DNA of 64,000 nucleotides from Limnothrix sp. BL-A-16 (GCA_041937175.2 CP166615.1:1440001-1504000); one strand, 5' to 3'. Positions 10,435-21,888 are shown, counted from the stretch's first letter. The notes: generated by a model not told the origin, from the letters alone. Numbers and translations are program-made.

Positions 10435-11360
10435 TAGTCGTATTTTTCCTGGAAGCGACGCACAAACCAAAAGCTGAACACGTTCAACACCAGGGTCATC
10501 ACAAACAGGGTGGTACCCACTGCGAACAGGGTTCGGTAGGCGATCGACCCGGCCGGCGTATCCCCAAGGCTGACCTGCACGATGTATGCCGTCATGGTCA
10601 TGGCGGAAACAAAGGGATTCAGACCCAAAGTGGCATTCTGACCCGCTGCGATCGCCACGATCATGGTTTCCCCGATTGCCCGCGACACCGCCAAAATCAC
10701 CGAAGCCACAATCCCCGACAAGGCCGCCGGTAGCACGACTGCAATGATGGTTTCGCGCTTCGTGGCCCCCAACGCATAGGAACCATCTCGCAAACTCCGG
10801 GGCACGGCATAGATCGCATCCTCACTCAGAGAGGCAATCAGCGGCGTGATTGCCACACCCAACACAATCCCCGCACTCAGGGCATTAAACCCTTGCAGTC
10901 CGGGGATGATTTTCTGAAGCAGCGGTGTGACAAACAGCAGAGCAAAGTAGCCATAGACCACCGTGGGCACACCCGCCAACACCTCTAGGGCCGGCTTCAG
11001 CACCTGTCGCACCTTGGGGCTGGCATATTCACTCAGGCAAACGGCCGACAGCAAACCCAAGGGCAGAGCCACCAAAATGGCGATCCCCGTGGTCAGCACC
11101 GTGGCACTGATCAGGACGATGATCCCGAATTGGGCGCTGGCAAAGAGCGGAGTCCAGCGGGTTTCTGTGAAAAATCGCCAAATGGGAATGATTCTGAAGA
11201 AATCGACCGTCTCAAAGATCAGGGTGAAAACAATCCCGATCGTTGTGGCAACCGATACAAATGAAAAAAGACCCAAAATCAGTCGAACGATCAACTCTGT
11301 ACGGTGACTCGCTTGACGATTGGGCTGCCAAAGTGCGCGATCGCGCAGGGAACTCTCCAT
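10434..11360 (-). CDS. pstC: Phosphate ABC transporter permease
   Basis: [30 protein letters not shown]; its stop overlaps the pstA start. Confidence 0.95.
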   Translation of the reverse strand: MESSLRDRALWQPNRQASHRTELIVRLILGLFSFVSVATTIGIVFTLIFETVDFFRIIPIWRFFTETRWTPLFASAQFGIIVLISATVLTTGIAILVALPLGLLSAVCLSEYASPKVRQVLKPALEVLAGVPTVVYGYFALLFVTPLLQKIIPGLQGFNALSAGIVLGVAITPLIASLSEDAIYAVPRSLRDGSYALGATKRETIIAVVLPAALSGIVASVILAVSRAIGETMIVAIAAGQNATLGLNPFVSAMTMTAYIVQVSLGDTPAGSIAYRTLFAVGTTLFVMTLVLNVFSFWFVRRFQEKYD

Positions 11361-11659
11361 AGGGAAGGGGTGCGGGAACCCGCAAAAATCTTTTCGATTT
11401 TCTCTAGATTTAACTGCAAACCGGCAATGGGCTGATCAAAACTCAACGCCTGTTGCGTTCCCCTGGTCATGGGCTGGGGCGGCCGAACCTTCGCGAATTC
11501 TGGATGTTCGGCCGCAAATGTCCCATTCCAAGGATCTGCCACAGGCCGAGGCCATCAGCCAAGACCAACGGCCAAGGGATGATCAGACCCGCCATCTAAA
11601 GCCCCCGTGAGGATTTTAAAGACCCGGGCGATCGCCCCTCAGCACCAGGCTCAACCCGT

Positions 11660-12763
11660 TTACTTCTTCTCGGCACCGCCGGCCTTTTCAGCCGCCAGCA
11701 GATCCGACAGTTTAGCCCCGGCCGGAGCCTTGCCACCGAACACGGAACCGGTCACTCCCTTCTCCAGGCGCTCCTTCGCCAGCGTCAGCACCTCATCGGG
11801 CAGCGGCAAATAGCCCGTATCCGCAATGATTTGCTTGTTGGCCGCATCAATTTGGAATGCCACAAAGGCCTTCACCTCAGGACGGCTGAGGGCATCCTTG
11901 CGGACGTAAATGAATTCCGGACGCGACAGGGGTTCATAGGAACCGTCGGCGATCGAAGTCGCGCTCGGAGCAACGCACTTGCCGTTCTTGCCCTTGATTT
12001 CCACCAGCTTCAGCTTATCCTTGTTTGCTTCGTAGTAGGCATAGCCAAAGAAGCCCAGAGCACCTTCATCACCCGACACGCCCTGCACAATCACATTGTC
12101 GTCTTCGCTCGGCGTGTAGTCCCCACGGCTCTTACCTTCTTCACCGGTAATGGCCTTGGTGAAGTAGTCATAGGTTCCCGAATCTGTACCGGGGCCGTAG
12201 AGGGTCATCGGCTTGTCGGGGAACTTCGGATCCACATCCTTCCAGCTCTTCACCTTGCCTTCTGCGGCCGGTTCCCACATCTTCTTGAGCTGATCAACGC
12301 TCAAGCAGGCGGCGAAGTCATTTTTGGGGTTCACCACCACCGAGAGGCCATCAAAGGAGATGGGCAACTCCACATATTCCACGTTGCCCTTCTTACAGAG
12401 TTCAATTTCTTCTGTTTTGATGGGTCGCGAAGCGTTGGAAATATCGGTTTCCCCAGCGCAGAACTTCTTGAAACCGCCACCGGTTCCCGACGATCCCACA
12501 ATCACCTTGGTGCTGGTGTTGACTTTCATGAACTCTTCAGCCATGGCTTCCGAAATCGGAAACACGGTGCTGGAGCCATCAACCTTAACGGTGGTCGTTG
12601 CTTCTGCCGCAGCGGGGCTAGCACCGGCAGCAGGGCTTTCGCCAGCGGCGGGGCTGTTGCCTGCTTGGGGTGCGCCACCACAGGCGGCTAGGGAGAGGGC
12701 CAGGGCTGCGATCGAGCCAGCAGCCGCGTGACGGGTCATTCGACGCAGGAGTGAGTAATTCAT
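11660..12763 (-). CDS. pstS: Phosphate-binding lipoprotein (PstS/SphX family)
   Basis: Lipobox [35 protein letters not shown]; probable start MNYSLL at 12763. Confidence 0.93.
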   Translation of the reverse strand: MNYSLLRRMTRHAAAGSIAALALSLAACGGAPQAGNSPAAGESPAAGASPAAAEATTTVKVDGSSTVFPISEAMAEEFMKVNTSTKVIVGSSGTGGGFKKFCAGETDISNASRPIKTEEIELCKKGNVEYVELPISFDGLSVVVNPKNDFAACLSVDQLKKMWEPAAEGKVKSWKDVDPKFPDKPMTLYGPGTDSGTYDYFTKAITGEEGKSRGDYTPSEDDNVIVQGVSGDEGALGFFGYAYYEANKDKLKLVEIKGKNGKCVAPSATSIADGSYEPLSRPEFIYVRKDALSRPEVKAFVAFQIDAANKQIIADTGYLPLPDEVLTLAKERLEKGVTGSVFGGKAPAGAKLSDLLAAEKAGGAEKK

Positions 12764-12969
12764 AGAGCTTCCGTAAGGGGTGAAGTCAATCAACCGATCG
12801 AGTCTGAGGTCTGAAATCTGAAACCTGATTTGAAATCGGCGATGAGCTGAAGTCGAGTGGGTTGCTTTACGAGGAAACTGCCTCGCGGCGGCTAAAACTG
12901 CCGATTGCGCCGCCCGTTGGTGTGTGGTGAATAATGACAGGGGCAAACGGCGGCTAGCATAAACCGCTT

Positions 12970-12988
12970 GGGTAAAGAAAAGGTTAAT
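12970..12988 (-). promoter_or_regulatory. Putative Pho (SphR) box
   Basis: Minus strand ATTAACCT-ttt-CTTTACCC: two PyTTAAPyPy-like repeats with 11-bp period upstream of pstS. Confidence 0.6.
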
Positions 12989-13330
12989 GGGTCTGATCCG
13001 CTTGCTGTCGCGATCGCTACAAATTTTGGAGTTTTGGGCCCAGGCTCCTAGTCGCCCAGAGTTGCCTACCGATTTTCGCACCCCTCCGCAGAAATTTCGC
13101 TCATCCGCTTGGGTATAGTTAAATTGGGGCTGCATCTTAAGGTTTCTTTTAAAGTTTTCGTCAATCTCACTCCAAAGCCCCGATTTTCCGATTTGCGTCA
13201 GACCAAGCCGCGCGATCGTCAAATCCGGTCTTTGGTCGTCGCCTTTGTCGCTCGGTCAATCGGTTGCGACAGGGTTAATTGGTTGTCTACGTCCTTTTCT
13301 TAATTTCTTCGATCGTCACGAGGAAGCATC

Positions 13331-16069
13331 ATGCCTACCACCCTGACCCCCGGCGACATCGCGATCGTTGGCTATAACCGCACCAGTGGTGATTTTCTTT
13401 TCATTAATCTAATTCCTCTCACAGCAGGAACCGAAATTTACTTCACTACAAAAGGCTGGACGGGAACCTCCCTAAGAACTGGTAACAATGAGGATCTGAT
13501 TAAGCTTACGGTGGGTGCAGGCACAATTCCTCGGGGGGTAGTGATTAGTAGTGCTGCTACATCGTCATCATCATTCACTTGGACAACTACTGGGACAGTT
13601 ACTGGAACCAGTTCTGGAAACTACAGTAGCTTGATCTTAGACAGTGCTGGTGATCAGATCATCGCTTTTCAAGCCTCTAATTCGAGTAACCCATTTGGCT
13701 CTACTTCTGCTTCGCAAACTATTTATCAATTAGACTTTACAGGTAGTTTTGAATCCAGTCCCTTAGCAAGCCCAGGAGAAAATGGAAGTGCAAAAGTTAA
13801 TGAACTAGATGCCAATAAGTCTTTTGCTTTATTGACTAACGCGACTATTCGTGAATTCTCCAACCTCAGTAGTTTTTCTGGTACTAGACAACAATGGCTA
13901 GATGCCATTAACAATTCTGCTAATTGGGGATCCCCAAGTAGTCTCACGCTGTATGCTGCGGGTGATTATAAGTCGGTTCAAATTCCTGTTCAGATTACAA
14001 CCAGCGCAACCACTGGTTCCGAAGCTGGAACAACAGATATCACTGTCACTGCGACGACTGATGATGGAAATGCTGCAACTGATGATTCAGTCGTAGGAAA
14101 TCAGACAGTTACCTTAACGGTCACCGGAACAGGAATTACAACCGGTGACTACACCTTGAATGGGCTAACAAGCAGCACAGCCACTATCACAATTCCTGAT
14201 GGAAAGACTTCGGGAACAGCTACTTTTAAGGTCGTCAATGACTCCATTGATGAGGATGACGAGACCGCAACCCTAACTCTCAGCAGTCCCTCAAGTCGAC
14301 TGGTCTTGGGCACGACCACTTCTCAGAATATTACAATTACTGATAATGATACGGCGGGCTTAACCGTTACACCAACGACGGGTTTAACAACCACCGAAGG
14401 CGGCGGAACAACAGACTTTACGGTCAAGCTCCAATCTCAGCCTACCAATGATGTAACTGTTTCTTTAACAAGTACAAACACGAGTGAAGGAACAGTTTCT
14501 CCAACTTCTTTAACGTTTACACCTAGCACTTGGAATACTGATCAAACGGTTACCGTCAAAGGTGTTGATGATCTCGTTAAAGATGGTAACCAGTCCTATC
14601 AAATCAAACTTGATCCCAGCTCCACAGATACCAAATATAATGGACTCAGTGATGTAGCGGTTAATATCAGCAACACAGACGATGACACGGCCGATATTGT
14701 ACGCACACCAGCATCAGGACTAATTACTACTGAAGCTGGCGGCACGGCAACCTTTACGCTAGTGCTGACCTCGCCACCCACCAGTAAAGTCACTGTTAAT
14801 TTGACCAGTTCTGACACCACTGAGGGAACTGTTTTACCCGCTTCAGTGGAGTTTGATAACACCAACTGGAGCACAACCAAAACTGTGACCGTTACGGGTG
14901 TTGATGACTCACTGGTGGATGGCAATATTGCCTACAGTATCAATGGCTCCCTAACGAGCAGTGATGCTAATTACTCAGGTAAAACCTTCACGATTACAGC
15001 TAGTAACACCGATAACGACACGGCTAGCGGAGGTGGTTCCTCTGGAGGCGGCACTTCTGGAGGCACATCAGGAGGCAGCACACCAACCGGTGGAAGCAGC
15101 ACACCAACCACCAGTGGCCCGGGAGTCGTGATCGATGCGTCGCGGGGCATTGTGATTAATGGCGGATCGAACTCGGGGTCAGGAGTCACTTTCCCGAATA
15201 TTTCGACGATTACGCCGATCGGTAGTTCACGGGCCCCTGTTTGTAATCTGGCGACGCAGCCAGCACCGCCGCCCTTGCCCGATTTACCCGGGGTGCAGTT
15301 TCGGCCGAACTCGATCGCCCAGCCGGCCACGTTGGGCCGCAACTCCAGCGATTTCATTACCGGATCGGGACGCAGCGAAGAGATTCGGGGTGGCGAGGGA
15401 GCCGATCGCCTCTTTGGGCTAGGCGGCAACGATAACCTCTACGGCGACACGGGCAACGACCAGCTCAACGGCAACGCGGGGGATGACGTGGTGCAAGGGG
15501 GCCCCGGGCGCGATCGGATCTTTGGGGGCAGTGGTCAGGATGCCCTGTGGGGCGGCCGCGATGATGATTTTCTGTGGGGCGATTTGGGCCAAGACCTGCT
15601 GGTGGGCGGCGCGGGCAACGACACCCTGTTTGGTGACCTTGATGGGGGAGTGACCCGAGATCTCCTGGGCAGCGAAGCGGATGCCGATCGGCTGTTGGGT
15701 GGTGAAGGCAATGATCTGTTGGTTGGTCAGAATGGCGACGATACCTTGGGCGGTGGCAATGGCAATGACACCCTCTTTGGTGGTTGGGGCAAAGATCTGC
15801 TGTTAGGCAACGATGGAGATGATTGGCTAGACGGTGGCCAAGGCGACGATACCTTGGGCGGTGGTGCGGGACGCGATACGTTCGTGTTGGGCGATCGCCC
15901 CGGAACCGTCACAATTCTGGACTTTGAGCGAGGAGCCGATCGCATCACCGGTCTCGATTTTGGTCAGGTCACCTTCGAGTCTGTGGGCTGCGATACGAAG
16001 GTGCTGCTGGGTAATCGAGTGGTGGCATACCTGGTGGGCGCTCCCGCTGACGGCATTAGCGGCTTTTAG
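13331..16069 (+). CDS. Secreted surface protein: variable N-terminal domain, Calx-beta-like repeats, Gly/Ser linker, RTX Ca-binding repeats
   Basis: Repeats of the type DNDTAG/TTEGGGT..FTV/VDD.VDGN; many GGxGxDxLxG nonapeptides at the C-terminus; no Sec signal peptide (type I secretion is an inference). Confidence 0.85.
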   Translation: MPTTLTPGDIAIVGYNRTSGDFLFINLIPLTAGTEIYFTTKGWTGTSLRTGNNEDLIKLTVGAGTIPRGVVISSAATSSSSFTWTTTGTVTGTSSGNYSSLILDSAGDQIIAFQASNSSNPFGSTSASQTIYQLDFTGSFESSPLASPGENGSAKVNELDANKSFALLTNATIREFSNLSSFSGTRQQWLDAINNSANWGSPSSLTLYAAGDYKSVQIPVQITTSATTGSEAGTTDITVTATTDDGNAATDDSVVGNQTVTLTVTGTGITTGDYTLNGLTSSTATITIPDGKTSGTATFKVVNDSIDEDDETATLTLSSPSSRLVLGTTTSQNITITDNDTAGLTVTPTTGLTTTEGGGTTDFTVKLQSQPTNDVTVSLTSTNTSEGTVSPTSLTFTPSTWNTDQTVTVKGVDDLVKDGNQSYQIKLDPSSTDTKYNGLSDVAVNISNTDDDTADIVRTPASGLITTEAGGTATFTLVLTSPPTSKVTVNLTSSDTTEGTVLPASVEFDNTNWSTTKTVTVTGVDDSLVDGNIAYSINGSLTSSDANYSGKTFTITASNTDNDTASGGGSSGGGTSGGTSGGSTPTGGSSTPTTSGPGVVIDASRGIVINGGSNSGSGVTFPNISTITPIGSSRAPVCNLATQPAPPPLPDLPGVQFRPNSIAQPATLGRNSSDFITGSGRSEEIRGGEGADRLFGLGGNDNLYGDTGNDQLNGNAGDDVVQGGPGRDRIFGGSGQDALWGGRDDDFLWGDLGQDLLVGGAGNDTLFGDLDGGVTRDLLGSEADADRLLGGEGNDLLVGQNGDDTLGGGNGNDTLFGGWGKDLLLGNDGDDWLDGGQGDDTLGGGAGRDTFVLGDRPGTVTILDFERGADRITGLDFGQVTFESVGCDTKVLLGNRVVAYLVGAPADGISGF

Positions 16070-16463
16070 GCCGGCTGGCTGAGGGTTGCTGGTGGGTGCT
16101 GGCCAATGGCTGGGGAAATGGGGCCGATCTTGAAGCGATCGGCTCCCTTTTCAGGATCGTTTGCTCAAAATTTGGGAGCTGGTTTCAGGGCGATCGACTC
16201 CTAGAACCTCTATCAGCTACGCCATTAATCGAAAACTATAGAAGTATTTAGGAATCTCAAGTGAAATCGATCGTCATCGATCAGAATCAGGCGCAAATGG
16301 CCAGTAACTGCCAATAGATGAGCTATATATGAATGAGCGGATCGAATATCCTAAAATTCGTCATAGCTGACCGCATAATCGCTACCATTGCAAACCCGCA
16401 CTGGTATTCTGACCGCAAAGGCAAAATCGATGTTTAGGCCCTCAAAGCCTGAGTCATCGGTTA

Positions 16464-16590
16464 GGGAATGTCTGAAAAGCCAAAATGGCTATCTTGTGGG
16501 TCCCATCGATCGACGACAAGGGGCTTAGGCCCCCTGCCCCGAAGGCAACTTTTGCCTTGCCAGTACCCCAAGTTACGTCTCGGACATTCT
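16464..16590. mobile_element. MITE copy 3
   Basis: GGGAATGTCTGAAAAGCCAAAATGGCTA... with central CAAGGGGCTTAGGCCCCCTG and right end CGGACATTCTC; the left arm closely resembles the 8202 copy. Confidence 0.75.
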
Positions 16591-16670
16591 CCTAGGGGTG
16601 CAACAGGATATTCGTAACTGTCTTCAGTTTCAGGTTCAACTGCTAATCATCGCGTGATTCGCACGGTTCT

Positions 16671-17666
16671 ATGACTTCGCAGCCGACTAGTATTGGTGTT
16701 TCAACTGTGGCTGGAACCACTGAAACGGTTCTTCATATCCCTGAGCGCCTCTCTGTTCTGGAAGCCGTTGATTTTAAGGACACCTGCAAAATGCTCTGTG
16801 AATCGGAATCGCTTCCGGTTCAAATCACTCTGGACTTCAGCCGCACCGCTTTTGTGGATAGCAGCGGTATCGGTGCATTGGTCAGTAGCTATAAGCTGGC
16901 CCATGCGACGGGTGTGAGCTTTGTGCTGCGGGATGTGCAGCCGCCAGTGATGGCCGTGTTGTCCATGACTGGCTTGGATGCGATGTTGCCGATCGAACGG
17001 GCCACCGCCCCCATGAGCGCTAAGGCCGGATCAGAAGAGGTGTTGCCACCGGCCACTCACCCTTCGGTGCGATCGTGGGTGAAGCGCACCCTCGATATTG
17101 CGGGTTCGTTGGTGGGGCTGACCATTTTGGGCGTTTTGTTTGTTCCCCTCGCGATCGCGATTCGTCTTGATAGCCCCGGCCCCATTCTCTTTAGCCAGTC
17201 CCGTTGCGGTTGGATGGGTAAGCGGTTTCGGCTTTGGAAATTTCGCTCCATGGTTTCTGATGCAGAAGCCCGGCGTAAGGAGGTCAAAAACCAAGCTGAG
17301 GGTGCGTTCTTCAAGAATGACAACGATCCCCGCATTACTCGCATTGGTCGTTTTTTACGCCGCACCAGCCTGGACGAGCTACCCCAATTCTGGAATGTGT
17401 TGCGGGGAGATATGAGCCTGGTGGGCACTCGGCCGCCCACGCCTGATGAGGTGGAGCGCTATGAGGTTCCCCAATGGCAGCGGTTAGATGTGCGTCCTGG
17501 AATGACCGGTGAGTGGCAGGTTAATGGGCGATCGACGGTGAAAAAATTTGAGGACGTGATTCGCCTAGACCTGAAATATCAGGAAAACTGGAGCTTGCAG
17601 CACGATTTAAAACTCATTCTCAAAACCGTCGCACTTCTGTTTTCCCGCAGCAGCGGCGCAATGTAG
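16671..17666 (+). CDS. STAS (anti-anti-sigma) domain fused to a bacterial sugar transferase (priming glycosyltransferase)
   Basis: LDFSRTAFVDSSGIGALV (STAS, phospho-Ser motif); KFRSM, DPRITRIGRFLRRTSLDELPQ, GDMSLVGTRP, RPGMTG. Confidence 0.92.
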   Translation: MTSQPTSIGVSTVAGTTETVLHIPERLSVLEAVDFKDTCKMLCESESLPVQITLDFSRTAFVDSSGIGALVSSYKLAHATGVSFVLRDVQPPVMAVLSMTGLDAMLPIERATAPMSAKAGSEEVLPPATHPSVRSWVKRTLDIAGSLVGLTILGVLFVPLAIAIRLDSPGPILFSQSRCGWMGKRFRLWKFRSMVSDAEARRKEVKNQAEGAFFKNDNDPRITRIGRFLRRTSLDELPQFWNVLRGDMSLVGTRPPTPDEVERYEVPQWQRLDVRPGMTGEWQVNGRSTVKKFEDVIRLDLKYQENWSLQHDLKLILKTVALLFSRSSGAM

Positions 17667-17679
17667 TTAGGCGAGTCAC

Positions 17680-18291
17680 ATGGGCGCGCGTCCTCAAGGT
17701 TCGATCAAATCAAACCGCTTTAAATCTCTGCGCGGCCGCCTTGCCTGGTTGCGAGATTGCTTGCGGCCCCGTCGCTGGCAGCAATGGTGGACTCAGGGGT
17801 TGGGGCCCCGTTTGCACCATTGGTGGGACTATCAAACGGATAACCGCTGGATGCCCACCAGCCATCAATCGCACCTACACCTCACAACGGATCTTCAGGA
17901 ACTTCCTTCGTTGTTGCAGTGGTTTGATGTCATTTTGAAGCGGGCTATTCCTGAATCGCTGCCGCCACAATTTTTGTGGGAGTGCCAGTTGATTTTGACG
18001 GAAGGATTTACGAATGCAGCTCGCCATGCGCACCATCACCGCCCTCCCCACACCCCGATCGTGGTTGAAGTGGGCCGTTGCGGGCGTTGTTTAAATATTC
18101 AAATTTGGGATTACGGCGATCCCTTTGATTGGGACGCGAAGTTGGCTTTACTGAAACAAGAAAAGCGCAGTCCTTTGGAGAAGGAATCAGGACGGGGATT
18201 GATGTTTATGGAGCAATTGTCGCGGCGGGTGCGTTACCGTCGCTATGGAAAACGCAATTGCTTGATGGTCCAAAAATCGTTCCCCAGTTAG
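17680..18291 (+). CDS. RsbW/SpoIIAB-type anti-sigma factor Ser kinase (start uncertain)
   Basis: LTEGFTNAARHAH, IWDYGDPFD, ESGRGLMFM (HATPase_c_2 boxes). Confidence 0.85.
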   Translation: MGARPQGSIKSNRFKSLRGRLAWLRDCLRPRRWQQWWTQGLGPRLHHWWDYQTDNRWMPTSHQSHLHLTTDLQELPSLLQWFDVILKRAIPESLPPQFLWECQLILTEGFTNAARHAHHHRPPHTPIVVEVGRCGRCLNIQIWDYGDPFDWDAKLALLKQEKRSPLEKESGRGLMFMEQLSRRVRYRRYGKRNCLMVQKSFPS

Positions 18292-18344
18292 CTTTCCAAT
18301 TCGCTGTTAGGGGTCAGAGTTTGTGATCTGTTGTCCTGTCCTGG

Positions 18345-18540
18345 GATCCAGTGAAAGCGGTTGATCTGCCATCCTCTAATCAACCCAGACAAGGGGCTTA
18401 AGCCCCTTGCTCCCCAAGATCCCGTGAAAGCGGTTGATCTGCCATCCTCTAACCACCCCAGACAAGGGGCTTAAGCCCCTTGCTCCCCAAGATCTGTTCA
18501 CGGTGGAATCAGGGTTTCAGGCGATTTGACGACAGCCCCT
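18345..18540. repeat. MITE-family element with a 73-bp tandem duplication (two central palindromes)
   Basis: GTGAAAGCGGTTGATCTGCC...CAAGGGGCTTAAGCCCCTTGCTCCCCAAGAT occurs at 18351 and 18424; ends in GCGATTTGACGACAGCCCC. Confidence 0.75.
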
Positions 18541-19735
18541 AGGAACTTTGGGTTAAGGGGCGGCCGCGCCAAGTCCATCCCCAACCGGTTTCGACTTTGA
18601 TGATTGAGGCGATCGCGATCGCGAAAACCAAAACGCCACCCACCCCCATCAGCCACCAGTAGCGTAGGGATTGGTCAGTTTGTTGGGCGATCGCCCAGCG
18701 CATCCCGCAAACGGCGATCGTGGTGGCAAGTGCCAGCCCAAAGGACACAAAGCCAAGGGGTGAGGGGCCGTCAATCAGTAACCCGATCGCTCCGATCAAC
18801 AGCCCCAGCCAGGGCATGGCAAACACGCCAAATAACCCCGCTGCTGAGATCAGGGTTTTGGGGATGTTGTTTTGGTTGGCAATGTGCCAATGCTTAGTCC
18901 AGCCTTCCCACAGGGCCGCAAAGTTCTGGTACATCCGCACGCGCATTAACCCCAGCCCCAGCGCGAAATGGAGCGATCGCCCACTTTGGCGAATCTGGCG
19001 GGCGAGGGCCAGGTCTTCGGTTAATTCATGGCCCACGGCGGCATGGCCACCAATGGCGGCATAGCTCGATCGCCGAAAGAACATGAAGGGCCCCGCCGCA
19101 AAGGCCGTGGGTGATCCGGGATCGTTCAAGGTGCGGAAGTCAAAGGCAATGGCCATGGCGCTGGCCACAATGGGCTGCACCAACCATTCTGAGAGGCAGC
19201 CACAAACCAACAGGGGAGCGCAACTGAGCAAGTCGATTTGTTGGCGATCGGCGAGGGTCAGGGCGGCCCCGATCGCCCCAGGAGCCAACCGCACATCGGC
19301 ATCAATAAACAGCAAATAATCTACGGTTTCCCCGATCGCCTCTGTCACTTGGACACAGGCCCAGTTTTTACCTAACCACAATTGCTCCGTGGGGCGCGGG
19401 GGCACTCGCAGCACCCGCAACCGAGCATCGGTGGGCATCAAGGCTGCGGCCAGGGCCAAGGTGCGATCGCTCGATTGGTCATCAGCGACCCACACTTGTA
19501 ATTCCACAGCGTCCGGTAGCTCACTGGCCAAGACCGATCGCACGCAATCCACGATATTTACTTCTTCGTTGTAGGCGGGGATCACCACTGCAATCGATCG
19601 AGCCGGAACCTCCGCGAGATCCACCGGCTCCAGCCGCGATGCACCGGCCAAGGACTGGCACGATCGCACCCAAAAGATCCCGATTCCTAACCCAGACAGG
19701 GCCAAGAGTCCATCCAGAATCAGCCAACCCACCAT
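18539..19735 (-). CDS. Family 2 glycosyltransferase (CruG-like carotenoid glycosyltransferase possible)
   Basis: VIPAYNEE, DDQSSDRT, WLGKNWAC, FIDADV, TEDLAL, WEGWTK; C-terminal TM helices. Confidence 0.85.
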   Translation of the reverse strand: MVGWLILDGLLALSGLGIGIFWVRSCQSLAGASRLEPVDLAEVPARSIAVVIPAYNEEVNIVDCVRSVLASELPDAVELQVWVADDQSSDRTLALAAALMPTDARLRVLRVPPRPTEQLWLGKNWACVQVTEAIGETVDYLLFIDADVRLAPGAIGAALTLADRQQIDLLSCAPLLVCGCLSEWLVQPIVASAMAIAFDFRTLNDPGSPTAFAAGPFMFFRRSSYAAIGGHAAVGHELTEDLALARQIRQSGRSLHFALGLGLMRVRMYQNFAALWEGWTKHWHIANQNNIPKTLISAAGLFGVFAMPWLGLLIGAIGLLIDGPSPLGFVSFGLALATTIAVCGMRWAIAQQTDQSLRYWWLMGVGGVLVFAIAIASIIKVETGWGWTWRGRPLTQSS

Positions 19736-19861
19736 AGTCTCATCACCAGTCTTGTCACCGCTGCTGTGCCTGATCGCGCAGGTATCGATACCCTATGCAC
19801 CAATCCCTATGCACCAATCCAATGGATTCGTACCCAACCAATGCACTCATCCTAAATGACA

Positions 19862-19894
19862 AGCGATCGGGCAGGTTATCCCTACCCGATCGCT
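19862..19894 (-). terminator. Hairpin downstream of dnaK
   Basis: AGCGATCGGG...CCCGATCGCT inverted repeat. Confidence 0.5.
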
Positions 19895-19989
19895 CCTGGA
19901 ATGACTCTGAAACAACCCTAAAACGAAGTGAATTTCAGCGGCTGAGCTTCACCTGAGTTTTAGGACCAGGTTTCGCACCCGAGTTTGGG

Positions 19990-21888
19990 TTACTTCGTTT
20001 CCGAGAATTCCGCATCGATCACATCATCACCATCGCTACTGGTCGAACCATCCCCAGCGGGTGCATCCGGAGCGGCCGCATCCGGGGCCCCTTGTTGATA
20101 CACCGACGACCCGATCGTATAGAGCGCCTGTTGCAGGGCCTCCACCTGGGTCTTGATGGCCGGGTAATCTTCCTTCTGCAACGCATCCTTCAGGCTGGCG
20201 ATTGCGGCCTCGGCCGTGGCCTTTTGGTCGTCAGAGATCTTGTCTTCCAGTTCCTTCAGTTGCTTCTCAGCCTGGTAAACCAGCGAGTCGCCTTGGTTCT
20301 TCAGGTCGATTTGTTCGCGGCGTTCCTTGTCGGCGGTGGCGTTGCGTTCCGCATCCTGCACCATTCGCTCCACATCGTCCTTCGGCAAGGTCGATGCACC
20401 GGTAATGCTGATCGACTGTTCCTTGCCCGTGCCCTTGTCCTTGGCGGTCACGTTCAGGATGCCGTTCGCGTCGATGTCGAAGGTGACTTCGATTTGCGGC
20501 ACGCCCCGGGGTGCAGCCGGAATCCCATCCAAGCGGAAGGTTCCCAAGCTCTTGTTATCGTTGGCGAACTCGCGCTCCCCTTGCAGAATGTGAATTTCCA
20601 CATTGGTTTGGCCGTCGGCCGCCGTCGAGAACACCTCGGACTTCTTGGTGGGGATGGTGGTGTTGCGAGGGATGATCTTGGTCATCACGCCGCCCAGGGT
20701 TTCCACACCCAGCGACAGCGGAGTCACATCCAACAACAGGATGTCCTTCACTTCCCCAGCCAGCACGCCGCCTTGAATTGCAGCGCCCACGGCCACCACT
20801 TCATCGGGGTTGACGCTTTGGTTGGGTTCCTTGTCCAGAACGCGGCGCACCAGGTCTTTGATGGCCGGGATCCGGGTTGAACCGCCCACCAACACCACTT
20901 CGTCAATGTCAGTCTTGGTCAGCTTGGCATCGCGCAGGGAGTTCTCAACGGGGATCCGGCAGCGATCGATCAGATCAGCGCACAGCTCTTCAAACTTGGC
21001 CCGGGTCAGGGTCAAGTCCAAATGCTTGGGCCCGTCCTGAGTCGCCGTAATGAAGGGCAGGTTGATTTCGGCTTGGGTAACGCTCGACAGCTCAATCTTG
21101 GCCTTTTCGGCGGCTTCCGTCAGCCGTTGCAGGGCTTGCTTGTCCTTGCGCAGGTCAATGCCTTCGCTGGCTTGGAACGTGTCGGCCAGGAAATCCACAA
21201 TCTGCTTGTCGAAGTCATCGCCGCCCAGGTGGGTATCCCCCGAGGTGGCCAGCACTTCAAACACGCCGTCGCCCACTTCCAGCACCGATACGTCAAACGT
21301 ACCGCCGCCCAAGTCGAAGACCAAAATCGTTTCGTTTTCTTTTTTATCAAGACCGTAAGCCAGCGATGCGGCGGTCGGTTCGTTGATAATCCGCAGCACC
21401 TCTACGCCTGCGATTTTGCCTGCGTCTTTGGTGGCTTGGCGTTGGGAGTCGTTAAAGTATGCGGGAACCGTAATGACCGCTTGGGTAACGGGTTCACCGA
21501 TATATTTGCTGGCATCTTCGATCAGCTTCCGCAGCACTTGGGCGGAAATTTGTTCCGGAGCGTATTTTTCACCCTTAGCTGTGCAGTCAATGCGAACGTT
21601 ACCACTGACGTTAGCGACCGTGTAGGCTACCTCGGTGGCTTCGTGGGTGATTTCTTCAAAGCGACGACCAATGAAGCGCTTGACCGAGTAAAAGGTGTTC
21701 TCGGGGTTCATCACCGCTTGGCGCTTGGCAATTTGACCAACGAGTTTGTCGCCGTTTTTTGCGTAGGCCACGACTGAAGGGGTTGTTCTGAAACCTTCGG
21801 CGTTGGCGATGACGGTGGGTTTGCCGCCTTCCATTACGGCAACGCAAGAGTTGGTGGTTCCGAGGTCAATTCCGACGACTTTGGCCAT
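19990..21888 (-). CDS. dnaK: Molecular chaperone DnaK (DnaK2 type)
   Basis: [27 protein letters not shown]-terminal [12 protein letters not shown]. Confidence 0.98.
   Translation of the reverse strand: MAKVVGIDLGTTNSCVAVMEGGKPTVIANAEGFRTTPSVVAYAKNGDKLVGQIAKRQAVMNPENTFYSVKRFIGRRFEEITHEATEVAYTVANVSGNVRIDCTAKGEKYAPEQISAQVLRKLIEDASKYIGEPVTQAVITVPAYFNDSQRQATKDAGKIAGVEVLRIINEPTAASLAYGLDKKENETILVFDLGGGTFDVSVLEVGDGVFEVLATSGDTHLGGDDFDKQIVDFLADTFQASEGIDLRKDKQALQRLTEAAEKAKIELSSVTQAEINLPFITATQDGPKHLDLTLTRAKFEELCADLIDRCRIPVENSLRDAKLTKTDIDEVVLVGGSTRIPAIKDLVRRVLDKEPNQSVNPDEVVAVGAAIQGGVLAGEVKDILLLDVTPLSLGVETLGGVMTKIIPRNTTIPTKKSEVFSTAADGQTNVEIHILQGEREFANDNKSLGTFRLDGIPAAPRGVPQIEVTFDIDANGILNVTAKDKGTGKEQSISITGASTLPKDDVERMVQDAERNATADKERREQIDLKNQGDSLVYQAEKQLKELEDKISDDQKATAEAAIASLKDALQKEDYPAIKTQVEALQQALYTIGSSVYQQGAPDAAAPDAPAGDGSTSSDGDDVIDAEFSETK

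Noticed and set aside
20092..21777. Long antisense ORFs over dnaK (also over pstS, ruvB and the giant kinase)
   Set aside because: Expected shadow ORFs in GC-rich, codon-biased genes.
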